Positions 18,355 through 26,992 of a stretch of 64,000 bases of DNA are shown here, in pieces. The stretch comes from Patescibacteria group bacterium (GTDB lineage Bacteria; Patescibacteriota; Minisyncoccia; Phycocordibacterales; PALSA-1337), in assembly GCA_040387635.1 (NCBI GenBank), contig JAZKDJ010000001.1, positions 451,193 through 515,192 of the forward strand, given 5' to 3'. Numbering within the stretch: the first letter of the stretch is position 1; each line of letters opens with the position of its first letter. The notes under the pieces are model-generated. The model was not told the origin of the DNA and searched no databases. It saw only the letters and a list, made by a program, of their open reading frames with translations. The translations under genes and the position numbers were made by a program.

Positions 18355-18786
18355 ATGGCAACAAACGTACTCTCGCCAATAAACGTAGAAGAACGAAAGA
18401 AACTCGATGTAAAAGCGGGTGACACAGTTCGCGTTTGGCAAAAAATCAAAGAAAAGGATAAGTTTCGACTTCAGGCTTTCGAAGGTCTTGTACTTGCTCG
18501 AAAGCATGGTTCAGAAGCTGGTGCGACATTTACAGTTCGAAAGGTAATGGACGGAGTTGGAGTAGAGAAAATCTTCCCAGTCTTCTCACCAATGATCGAC
18601 AAGATTGAAATCCTCCGAAGATCAAAGGTTCGACGAGCAAAGCTTTACTTCGTTCGAGAGAAGGCAGCAAAGGAGATCCGACGACAGATGCGAAAGCTCC
18701 TCACATCACGAGAAGAGTCAACAGCAGAAGTTGCTGCAGCAGCGGCTCCAGAGGCAGCTCCAGAAGCGACAGCCGAGACAAAGTAA
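18355..18786 (+). CDS. rplS: 50S ribosomal protein L19 with Ala/Glu-rich C-terminal extension
   Basis: [31 protein letters not shown] ... TFTVRKV ... [31 protein letters not shown]. The ATG at 18355 is preferred over the TTG at 18316. Confidence 0.9.
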   Translation: MATNVLSPINVEERKKLDVKAGDTVRVWQKIKEKDKFRLQAFEGLVLARKHGSEAGATFTVRKVMDGVGVEKIFPVFSPMIDKIEILRRSKVRRAKLYFVREKAAKEIRRQMRKLLTSREESTAEVAAAAAPEAAPEATAETK

Positions 18787-18810
18787 ATCTCATAATAGAC
18801 TCAAAACAAA

Positions 18811-18836
18811 AACTTCCGGAATGGCCGGAAGTTTTT
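18811..18836 (+). terminator. intrinsic terminator
   Basis: Stem AACTTCCGG ... CCGGAAGTT followed by a T-run. Confidence 0.75.
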
Positions 18837-18926
18837 GTTTCTGGTTGTTTGCGTCAAAAGGTTGAAAATATAGCGAAACTTAGCTATAGTAGGCAGGCTA
18901 TGGAAATTGTCCGTAGCATAAGACAT

Positions 18927-19010
18927 GCGCAGGTGGCGAAATTGGTAGACGCACTACCTTGAGGTGGTAGCGCCTTCACGGGCTTGGAGGTTCAAATCCT
19001 CTCCTGCGCA
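18927..19010 (+). tRNA. tRNA-Leu (anticodon GAG)
   Basis: 84 nt with a long variable arm. Anticodon arm CTACC-TTGAGGT-GGTAG; T-loop GGTTCAAATCC. Confidence 0.85.
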
Positions 19011-19067
19011 CATTGTTTCAGATTACTCAGAACACTGTACGGTTCGGAGTGTTTCCGAGGCAAGCAT

Positions 19068-19139
19068 GGTGGCTATAGTTTAGTGGTAAAACTCCGGTTT
19101 GTGGAACCGGTATCGAGAGTCCGATTCTCTCTAGCCACC
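19068..19139 (+). tRNA. tRNA-His (anticodon GTG) with encoded G-1
   Basis: G-GTGGCTA ... TAGCCAC-C acceptor with an extra 5' G. Anticodon arm CCGGT-TTGTGGA-ACCGG. Confidence 0.85.
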
Positions 19140-19213
19140 CTAGTGGGAATTAGTATAAGGAAGTCTTGTATTTGTCATGTAAAATTAGTTCGAGCTCATG
19201 ATACAATTATTCT

Positions 19214-19660
19214 ATGAATAAAATTTTATTGGCAATTTTAGCAATTGCCGCAGGATATTTTGTATGGTTTGTATATACCTATAATCATCTTACAACTACC
19301 TTTATTTACATCTTCGCCTTTCTCGTATTATTTTTAGTTCTGGTCTTAATGATTCGTTATCTAGAACTTTATTGGAGAGTAACAGTCTTCAAACATTTGG
19401 CTAGGAGATATTCTCTGGCTCATCAATACTCATATTCGGTATGGGGATCAGAAAAGACATTTAATACGCTAGGAGGAATGATCAATGGAAAAAGAGTTAA
19501 AGTCTCTGACAATATTCACTTAAATTTAGCTATCTATGCGAATTATTTGGTAACAAGAGTTTATATAGGAGACCAAATAGTTGCTGATGGAAGTAAGAGA
19601 TGGTTTAAGCATACCTTTTCTCAGTCTTCTATCGACCAGATACTTAGGAATATCAAGTAA
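19214..19660 (+). CDS. hypothetical membrane protein
   Basis: 148 aa with two N-terminal TM helices. Confidence 0.45.
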   Translation: MNKILLAILAIAAGYFVWFVYTYNHLTTTFIYIFAFLVLFLVLVLMIRYLELYWRVTVFKHLARRYSLAHQYSYSVWGSEKTFNTLGGMINGKRVKVSDNIHLNLAIYANYLVTRVYIGDQIVADGSKRWFKHTFSQSSIDQILRNIK

Positions 19661-19695
19661 GCCGAGGAGTTCATATTTAACTAGGAAGGTGGGGA

Positions 19696-20184
19696 ATGAA
19701 AATGCTTGAATCGTTCCTCTTCTCAAATTCAAATATAGTTCTAACTTCCTCTACGATGGCACCCCATATAATGGATATAGTTTCTCGAACAAAAGCATTA
19801 AATCTCCCGATAGGACAATATTGTGTTTTTGGAAGTGGAGTATTAGAAGTCCATGGAATTCGTAAGGCAAAGGATATAGATATCCTTGTGAATGGCGAGT
19901 TGTTTAAAAAATTAAAAAAAGAAGGTTGGAAACGAAAATGGTTTTTCTGGAGAACTCTATGGGCTAAGTGTATTACAAACGGTCAGAATGAAGCCTTCAC
20001 TAATCTTTACTGGGCTAGAAAATATAGACCAAATACACAAGAATTAATAAATCGAGCGGAGCTTCACGATGGAATACCTTTTCTTCAGTTAGAAGATTTA
20101 TTAGAATTTCAAAGAAATTTACCTCGAGAGAAGGATAAAAGGGGAGTGAAAATGATGGAGGATTATTTTGCTTCTAAAAAGTAA
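19696..20184 (+). CDS. putative small nucleotidyltransferase-fold protein
   Basis: CVFGSGVLEVHGIRKAKDIDILV matches the GSG ... DxD nucleotidyltransferase signature. Confidence 0.5.
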   Translation: MKMLESFLFSNSNIVLTSSTMAPHIMDIVSRTKALNLPIGQYCVFGSGVLEVHGIRKAKDIDILVNGELFKKLKKEGWKRKWFFWRTLWAKCITNGQNEAFTNLYWARKYRPNTQELINRAELHDGIPFLQLEDLLEFQRNLPREKDKRGVKMMEDYFASKK

Positions 20185-20346
20185 TTATCTTTAAGCTGAT
20201 TAAAGTATTTAATAACTTCAACTTAAGCTCATCACTCGATCTCTGATTGACAAAGAACGACATTGGTTATATTTTAGGTTTGGACAAAGTAGCATGTTGC
20301 TGCTCCCATAACTGGCCAATATAAGCCATTCCCAAAAGGAAAAATT

Positions 20347-20787
20347 ATGGATAAGGTAACGATTCGTTTCGGTAAAAAACTGCAGGAAGTGCTCAGAGAT
20401 AATCCTGCTTTTTTTAAAGAGCTCACCTTACAAACCGCCTTTGCATTTGTGGGGTTTGTCACTTCAATCACATCACTTGGATTTTGTGGTGGAGTACCTA
20501 TAAAAATATTCAGGGTTCATGATTGTGACATTCTCAAGACCGGAGGCTTGATACCTGGACCCAGAACAAGAAACCTTCTTGAAGATGCTAATCGGCTCAG
20601 CGATAGGATAGCTGTAGAGTTTGAAATCGCCGAGACTTCTAATCGCGTAAGCGTTAAGTTCCATTTTTACGGAAGTGGCAAAAAAGCACCCATCTATTTA
20701 CGGTGCGCGGGGATAGTTGAGGAGGATTACGTTCGCGAGTTTCCGTTGTTTCAATTCACTTCAGAATTTTTCCCCCAATTCTGTTAA
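20347..20787 (+). CDS. hypothetical protein
   Basis: 146-aa ORF with no motif recognised. Confidence 0.4.
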   Translation: MDKVTIRFGKKLQEVLRDNPAFFKELTLQTAFAFVGFVTSITSLGFCGGVPIKIFRVHDCDILKTGGLIPGPRTRNLLEDANRLSDRIAVEFEIAETSNRVSVKFHFYGSGKKAPIYLRCAGIVEEDYVREFPLFQFTSEFFPQFC

Positions 20788-20796
20788 ACATTTCTT

Positions 20797-20845
20797 ACCG
20801 CTCGACAGATTCCGCCCTACGGTCTCTGTCGAGCGGTTTCTTTTT
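20797..20845 (+). terminator. intrinsic terminator
   Basis: 13-bp stem ACCGCTCGACAGA ... TCTGTCGAGCGGT followed by TTCTTTTT. Separates 20347-20787 from the CDPS block. Confidence 0.8.
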
Positions 20846-20903
20846 ATCTAACCTAGGCTCCAATTAATCTCGCATACGATCGCGCTCTATAAGTTCTAAC
20901 CAC

Positions 20904-22385
20904 TTGTACGTACTAACCCCACGCTTAGAAAAAGAGTTTATTAGGGGATACAAAAGGATCTTATTCTGCTATGCTTTCTTTATGATTGATTTGTATCCAG
21001 TAATTGGGATGAGTCCTGGGAACAGCTATTTTAAAGATGAGGAAGTAACTTATCTTCTTAAAACAGTTGTAGAACGATATGGTAAGACTGCAATTCTCAT
21101 TGCAGATATTCCAGCCGTTTCTACTTATGTGGCTCTTGGTTATCCTCAGAATAGAGCAAGAAGAGATAAGGCTTTACCACAGGGAAATAATTTGAGAAAC
21201 CGTACTCTTCGAGTAGCGCATGAACTTGGCCTATCCGATAAGGTAAGGGTTATCGATTGGGAAACAGAAATTGAGAATAATTTGGAATATAAAAAAACAT
21301 ACGAGAGAATTTTGCATTTATATACTACAAACTCTGATTTTGAAACATCAGCAAATAAAACTACGAGGGGTGTATTAGAACATTACAAAAAAGACATTTC
21401 TGACATGGATTTGGCTGTTAGAACTGCCGTACATTACCTTCTTTCTGAATTGGCTTTTCTTGAGTTTGCGCCGAAGTATTTTGGTGTTGAAAAGGTTTCA
21501 TATGTCTATCACAAAAACTGGCAAGTTTACGAGGATTATATTGCTGGAAAATTTGACGGTGTAATAAAACTACATATGGATTTTATTCTCTTAGAAAACC
21601 CATATGAAACATACAACCCAATTTGGGGATTGGAAGAGCAGGAAGATGAAAAATATAGAGATGTCTTAGATCGAATTGAAAAAACAAAAACGTTGAGAGT
21701 TGGATTTATACAGTCCGTTCCTACTTTTATGTATGATAAGGACCTCAATAATTTCTCAGGTATTTTTTATGAAATTATAAATATCATTTCTAAGAAATAT
21801 GATTGGAAGATTCAATGGACTGAAGAAACGGGGTACGGTGTTATTGCAGAAGGGTTGAATAACGACAGGTTTGATATATTCGGTCCGACTGTATGGCCAA
21901 CTCCAGAGCGTCTAAGGGTCGCCACTTTTTCCAAGTCGCTTTTTAAAAGTCCTGTATTTACATATGTTCGTTCAGATAATTATAAAAGTGAATTAGATCT
22001 TAAGGACAATGCAAATATGAGAGTTGTAATTATGGATAATGACATTATGGACTCCATAGCAAAAGAGGATTTTCCAAATAACCGTCAAGTCATGATACCT
22101 CAACTCTCAAGTAATATTGCGTGTGCTAAATTTGTCGCAGATGGCAAAGGAGATTTTACTTTCAGGGAGAAATATCTTGTTGAATATTTTAATAAAGATT
22201 CTAACATTAAACTTATTGCTGCTTCAGAAAAACCGATTAGGGTTTATGAAAATTCGTTTATGTTAAAAAAGGGGGAGGCTCGGTTAAAAGAGTTTTTAGA
22301 TAAGGAGCTTGATATATTGGAGCAAGATGGGACAATTAAAAGTTTGATAAAGAAATACACGGGTTCTGAAGATGCTTTTCTATGA
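20904..22385 (+). CDS. cyclodipeptide synthase (NYH subfamily) fused to a type-2 periplasmic-binding-protein (family-3 SBP-like) domain
   Basis: From the TTG start: IGMSPGNSYF (G35, S37, N40), HYLLSE (Y178, E182) and YVYH (Y202, H203), the same residue numbers as AlbC from memory. Residues from about 262 on (TLRVGFIQSVPTF ... DRFDIFGPTVWPTPERL ... FSKSLF) look like an amino-acid-type SBP. No signal peptide. Confidence 0.75.
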   Translation: MYVLTPRLEKEFIRGYKRILFCYAFFMIDLYPVIGMSPGNSYFKDEEVTYLLKTVVERYGKTAILIADIPAVSTYVALGYPQNRARRDKALPQGNNLRNRTLRVAHELGLSDKVRVIDWETEIENNLEYKKTYERILHLYTTNSDFETSANKTTRGVLEHYKKDISDMDLAVRTAVHYLLSELAFLEFAPKYFGVEKVSYVYHKNWQVYEDYIAGKFDGVIKLHMDFILLENPYETYNPIWGLEEQEDEKYRDVLDRIEKTKTLRVGFIQSVPTFMYDKDLNNFSGIFYEIINIISKKYDWKIQWTEETGYGVIAEGLNNDRFDIFGPTVWPTPERLRVATFSKSLFKSPVFTYVRSDNYKSELDLKDNANMRVVIMDNDIMDSIAKEDFPNNRQVMIPQLSSNIACAKFVADGKGDFTFREKYLVEYFNKDSNIKLIAASEKPIRVYENSFMLKKGEARLKEFLDKELDILEQDGTIKSLIKKYTGSEDAFL

Positions 22386-22423
22386 GGTTCTAACACTGTT
22401 CATTACAGGGTATACTTTGTCTC

Positions 22424-23275
22424 ATGGATTCTTGGTTTTTCAATTCGATTCTCGCTATGGCTGCCTTTGGTGGTATGCAAGCCTTGTTAAAGGTTCCTGC
22501 AGCGAAGGGTTACAGTAAATTTGTTTACTCGGTCCTTAGTTTTGCGGTGGCCTTAATTTTAAGTTTTGTATTTTTTAGGAGTGACATATCTTTTGATGTG
22601 CACACAATGCTCTTTGGTTTTGCGTGGGGAATTGCGAATGCTGCATATGTGCTTCTTCAGATGCAGATATTAAAAAGACTTGATACGAGTGAATCTTTTC
22701 CGATAACTAGTTTGGGTTCGCATGTTCTCGTTGTGATTATCGGCATTTTCTTTTTTAATGACATTCTTTCAGCTCTGCAAACTGCTGCGCTTATCGGAAC
22801 ATTCTTGCTTATCGGTTTCTATAATCATACGAATAAGCACATAACACTGAGTAACGGTTTGATACCTACTGCAGCAGGAATCATTTTGCTTTCAACTTTC
22901 ATAAAGTTTATCCAAAAATCAGGTTCGATATCCAGCGTGACAGGCGACTATATCTTCTGGCAATTGTTTTTCGCTACGATTGCTTCCGTACTTATTCTGC
23001 TGCTGACTAAAAATAAACGACTGGCTGAAAGGAAGGTTGATGGGAAATTGATAATATGGTCTTCTCTCGCTGGTATTTTATTCTTCGCTGGAACTGTAGC
23101 TATGGTCAAGGCGCTTACAACCGGGCCATTTTCATTGGTGTACACCATCAATACTTTCTATATATTGGTGAGTTCGATTGTAGCTTGGAAGCTTTTTGGA
23201 GAGAAACTGACACGTCAGAAGGTGCTATTTATTTTGTTGGCTATTGTGGTTCTTGTGTTGATTAAGGTTGGGTAG
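22424..23275 (+). CDS. DMT-superfamily (EamA-like) permease
   Basis: 283 aa with about 10 hydrophobic helices in two similar halves. Confidence 0.6.
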   Translation: MDSWFFNSILAMAAFGGMQALLKVPAAKGYSKFVYSVLSFAVALILSFVFFRSDISFDVHTMLFGFAWGIANAAYVLLQMQILKRLDTSESFPITSLGSHVLVVIIGIFFFNDILSALQTAALIGTFLLIGFYNHTNKHITLSNGLIPTAAGIILLSTFIKFIQKSGSISSVTGDYIFWQLFFATIASVLILLLTKNKRLAERKVDGKLIIWSSLAGILFFAGTVAMVKALTTGPFSLVYTINTFYILVSSIVAWKLFGEKLTRQKVLFILLAIVVLVLIKVG

Positions 23276-23344
23276 GTGGTTCTCATTAAACTACATATTA
23301 ATCACGGTGTTATGTGTGTATCTATTACGAGGTATACTCAAATA

Positions 23345-24184
23345 ATGGAAGCCAAATATACTCCCTTAGATAAATCTTGGATTATTCGCATGGGCATTCT
23401 TGATATTGCTCATGGATACTCTGACATCATCAATTTTCTTAATGCTCAAGAAAACCTTGGAGATGATTTGATTGCACTAAAAAGAGCAGCACTTGCTTGG
23501 GATAAAAATGAACCAATTGATGTAGGTGAATCGGGAACGCTGTATAGGTTCCTAAAATTTACATCTTGGAAACTAAACCTCAACAAAGAATTTGTAATTC
23601 ATAGGACTCTTAAGGAAAGAAAAATAACTGATGATCCGAGTGTCGTAGACCTGCCACAAAGTGAACTAATTAAACTGGATAATAATACTTCTCAGTGGGC
23701 GAGTGCAAAAGTTTTACTGGGAGATACAGAGAGGTTAGAGAATCCTTCGTATAAACTCAAAGTAACATACGAGGCGGTTGATCATTGGAATAATATGCGA
23801 GCTGAAGGAAAAGTGTGGGAACCTCGATACGACGAAACAATACAGAGACAAGTTGAAGCTTTTGAGAAAATGCTAAAGGGTGAGAACGTTGAATTTGTTC
23901 CCGAGCAGGCTGAAGATTTTTGTTTTGCTTATACCTTTGGGTACGTAACCTTAGAAGAAGGAGAGAAGAAATGGCCAAGCCTACGTGGACATGAGAGTGA
24001 TCGAATAGATGAGATGGAGAAAACATTGGTTCAAGCCAAAGAAGGAAGGGAAATAATCTCTAAGGATCATAGGGTAATACAAGCAATAGGGATGTGGGGT
24101 AAGTTGAATAATATAAAGTTAAATATTTTGTATCCAGAGTCAGTTAATAAAAGCTGGCCTCAATTCTGTGATTTTTTATCTTAA
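23345..24184 (+). CDS. size-reduced EPSP-synthase-fold (enolpyruvyl transferase-like) protein
   Basis: LDKSWIIR (AroA KSxxxR), GESGTLYRFL (GNAGTAMRPL), LKERK (KERP), TSQ (SSQ), HESDR (KETDR), DHRVIQ (DHRMAM), NKSWPQF (AKTFPDYF). Only about 279 aa against about 430 for AroA. The ATG at 23345 is preferred over the GTG at 23276. Confidence 0.5.
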   Translation: MEAKYTPLDKSWIIRMGILDIAHGYSDIINFLNAQENLGDDLIALKRAALAWDKNEPIDVGESGTLYRFLKFTSWKLNLNKEFVIHRTLKERKITDDPSVVDLPQSELIKLDNNTSQWASAKVLLGDTERLENPSYKLKVTYEAVDHWNNMRAEGKVWEPRYDETIQRQVEAFEKMLKGENVEFVPEQAEDFCFAYTFGYVTLEEGEKKWPSLRGHESDRIDEMEKTLVQAKEGREIISKDHRVIQAIGMWGKLNNIKLNILYPESVNKSWPQFCDFLS

Positions 24185-24250
24185 CAACCGACAGAATAAG
24201 AGTACGAAAGAGTTTAAGCTTTATCGATAGGGCCGGGTTATAATTTAGCA

Positions 24251-25531
24251 ATGAAGAAAATCATTGTAGCGATCCTTGTTGTTGATCTCATTGTTGTGGC
24301 TGGTTATTTTCTGCTCAAATCTTTGCCTCAGGCAAACCCGAACCTTGCTTTTCCAACTGTATCTACATCTACACCCACATCTACGTCTACCGTTCCTACT
24401 GATCCAGATCCAAACCTGACTTACGAAGAACACACATTCACGACAAATAGCGGGGAAGCTTTCTCGCTTTCGCTGCCTGCCGGATACACGATCTCGTTGG
24501 CTGCTTCAGGTTTGGGGCGAGTGCGTTTCATGGACATGAGTCCGGATGGAAGACTTTTTGTTACTGATATGAAAAATCTTTCTGATAGTCCTGACGGCGA
24601 AATATATATTCTCGATGCATTCAATGAGCAGACGAAACGATTTGAATCTAAGAAAACATATTTGTCTCGTTTAAGAAATCCAAACAGCATCGCATTTTAC
24701 AAAGACGCTTCAGATAAGACGTGGATTTATATTGCTTTGACCGATCGTCTCATTCGCTATGCTTATGCTGCAGGAGATGATGCGCCACAAGGGGAGCCTG
24801 AAACACTCGCAACCTATCCTGATTATGGACTCAATTATAAATATGGCGGCTGGCATCTGACACGTACGGTTTATATTTTGAATGACAAAGTATATGTTTC
24901 TGTAGGATCAAGCTGTAACTCATGTGAAGAGAAAGAGTCTGAGTCTGTGCGCGCGACGATTTCTGAAATGAATCCTGATGGAACTGGGCAGAAGATAATT
25001 GCTACGGGTGCAAGAAATTCGGTTGGCCTTACGAATAAGGAAGGGGAGCTCTATGCGTCGGCAATGGGTGCGGATCATCTAGGAAGTGATAGGCCTGAAG
25101 ATGCTGTATACAAAATTACAGAGGGCAAAAATTATGGTTGGCCATATTGCTATCAATATCAGGGCGTTGTGTATCCTGACACTGCTCAGATTTGGAAGAA
25201 GCCGATTGATTGTTCTACTGTGCCACTTGCGTTCGCAACAGTTCCAGCACATTCTGCGCCGCTTGGGTTGGCGTATTTTGATAATAAGTCACCAGACGAA
25301 CTCAAGAACAGTATGCTCCTTGCACTGCACGGCTCGGGTATTGTTTCTTTGGGACGAGGATATAGCATTGTAAAGATAGATGAAAAGGGAAACGTTAGTG
25401 ACTTTGTCACAGGGTTCTGGAAAAACGGTGTTCGATACGGACGTCCTGTTGGAATCTTGAAAGTTTCTCCTACGAGTTTTTATTTTACTGATGATTTTAG
25501 TGGGAGGTTGTATTTGGTTTCGAAGGAGTAA
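24251..25531 (+). CDS. membrane-anchored PQQ-type (soluble glucose/sorbosone dehydrogenase-like) beta-propeller
   Basis: N-terminal TM, Ser/Thr/Pro linker, NYGWPYCY motif and repeated propeller-like segments. Confidence 0.7.
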   Translation: MKKIIVAILVVDLIVVAGYFLLKSLPQANPNLAFPTVSTSTPTSTSTVPTDPDPNLTYEEHTFTTNSGEAFSLSLPAGYTISLAASGLGRVRFMDMSPDGRLFVTDMKNLSDSPDGEIYILDAFNEQTKRFESKKTYLSRLRNPNSIAFYKDASDKTWIYIALTDRLIRYAYAAGDDAPQGEPETLATYPDYGLNYKYGGWHLTRTVYILNDKVYVSVGSSCNSCEEKESESVRATISEMNPDGTGQKIIATGARNSVGLTNKEGELYASAMGADHLGSDRPEDAVYKITEGKNYGWPYCYQYQGVVYPDTAQIWKKPIDCSTVPLAFATVPAHSAPLGLAYFDNKSPDELKNSMLLALHGSGIVSLGRGYSIVKIDEKGNVSDFVTGFWKNGVRYGRPVGILKVSPTSFYFTDDFSGRLYLVSKE

Positions 25532-25542
25532 ATGTAAGAAGT

Positions 25543-26169
25543 ATGTCTATTCTCTTAAACTATTTGGGTCAGTTAAGGTTGTACTCTCTCGCAGATTTAA
25601 TAATTTTACTTTTAGCTATCCAAGCTACCTCGAAAGAATTTGCTGGAGTTATTCTTTTGCATGTTGGGTTTCTCGCTTTTCTTGAAAGTAGGCATTCTCA
25701 TTCGTATAGAAGGAAAGTACCTAATTTAGTATGGATAGCATTAGGGATTGCAGGAATATTTTTGTATGGACATATCGAAGTGATTGGATTTATTGTTTTT
25801 AGTTATCTTTATGCCAAGAAAAATAAGGGCATGGCGGGAGGCTTTTCATTCCTATCAAGAGGACTCCAGCTGTTCTTTCTTGTGGCAGGAATCACTTCAT
25901 TTGCATCGATGTTGCCGTGGGTTGCTTTGGGTGCGTTTTCTGTAAGGAACCTACTGGGTGATTTTCGAGATGTAGAAAAAGATACCAAAGAGGGAATGAT
26001 GACGATGCCGATAGTTATGGGAATGAAGAAAGGCTTTAGGTATGCACATTTATTTGCCACCATGCTCACTACGATTCTTTGGTGGAGTTTGGGGGATCTG
26101 CACATTAGCTATTTAGTTGGGGCGTTAATTATAGAAATTGTTACGTACCAATGGACGCCAAGAAGGTAA
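25543..26169 (+). CDS. short UbiA-prenyltransferase-like membrane protein
   Basis: One Asp-rich motif, NLLGDFRDVEKDTKEGMMTMP, resembling UbiA NxxxDxxxD...P. Only 208 aa and no second Asp-rich motif seen. Confidence 0.4.
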   Translation: MSILLNYLGQLRLYSLADLIILLLAIQATSKEFAGVILLHVGFLAFLESRHSHSYRRKVPNLVWIALGIAGIFLYGHIEVIGFIVFSYLYAKKNKGMAGGFSFLSRGLQLFFLVAGITSFASMLPWVALGAFSVRNLLGDFRDVEKDTKEGMMTMPIVMGMKKGFRYAHLFATMLTTILWWSLGDLHISYLVGALIIEIVTYQWTPRR

Positions 26170-26207
26170 TGTGGTTGTATGTGAGCTTGTAAGGTTCAAA
26201 CATATAG

Positions 26208-26235
26208 AAAAAGCCACGACGAATCGTGGCTTTTT
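26208..26235. terminator. bidirectional intrinsic terminator
   Basis: Stem AGCCACGA-CGAA-TCGTGGCT flanked by AAAA / TTTTT, between convergent genes. Confidence 0.8.
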
Positions 26236-26261
26236 GTGTAAACAAAATTAACGAAAGAAGA

Positions 26262-26891
26262 TTAGTCGGCGTGACTCGGAAAAATCAGATGTCCCGCTTT
26301 CTCCACCAGTTTGCGCAATCGAGGTTTGGTTTCTTCGACGGCGCAGTAACTCCAATCCGTGACCCTTGTGGGGAATAGAACTCCAATCGTGTGGTCGTAC
26401 TCGTGCTGAAAAACACGAGCAGCAAATCCGTTGAGTGTTCTTTTGGCAACGCGCGTGGTTTCTCCGGTCTTGTGATTGAAGAGCAGGAAATCCACAGTTA
26501 TGGATTCAGGCCGTGTAACCGCGGCGTAGAAACCGGGGATGCTCAGGCATCCTTCCACAATCGTGGACAGTTTGTTTGAAAAACCGACGATCCTTGGATT
26601 CAAGATAATCATGTCTGGCATATCGGGCGCTTGAGGATAGCGACTCGACGGATGAATCGTCAGGGCGAACATTCTTAAATCGATGCCCACCTGAGGAGCA
26701 GCTATGCCAGCCCCTTCGTAGTGATAGCTGGTTTTCAGCATGTTCAAGGCGGTCTTCTGGAACCAGCGCCTTGTTGCTTCTCGCACCGATACTTCTGCGT
26801 TGTTGGGTGCTGTCAGGCCTGGGTTACCAGCTTTAACAATGGGAAGGATTTTCCCCTTGTTATATTCCGTGGGTATCTTCATTATCTTCAT
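26262..26891 (-). CDS. def: peptide deformylase
   Basis: GIAAPQVG, EGCLSIPG and HEYDH motifs. Confidence 0.9.
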   Translation of the reverse strand: MKIMKIPTEYNKGKILPIVKAGNPGLTAPNNAEVSVREATRRWFQKTALNMLKTSYHYEGAGIAAPQVGIDLRMFALTIHPSSRYPQAPDMPDMIILNPRIVGFSNKLSTIVEGCLSIPGFYAAVTRPESITVDFLLFNHKTGETTRVAKRTLNGFAARVFQHEYDHTIGVLFPTRVTDWSYCAVEETKPRLRKLVEKAGHLIFPSHAD

Positions 26892-26992
26892 AACGTCAGA
26901 GATCTATGTACTGTAATGACATTACTCTGTGTTAAAAACAGTGTCAAATAATTCAAGTGGCCGCTCTGACAGATTATTGTTAAACTTAGTGT

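Noticed and set aside
19030-19045. GAAC-N8-GTTC between tRNA-Leu and tRNA-His as a possible LexA box
   Set aside because: The spacing is 8 nt, not 4. It has no promoter context and sits between two tRNA genes.
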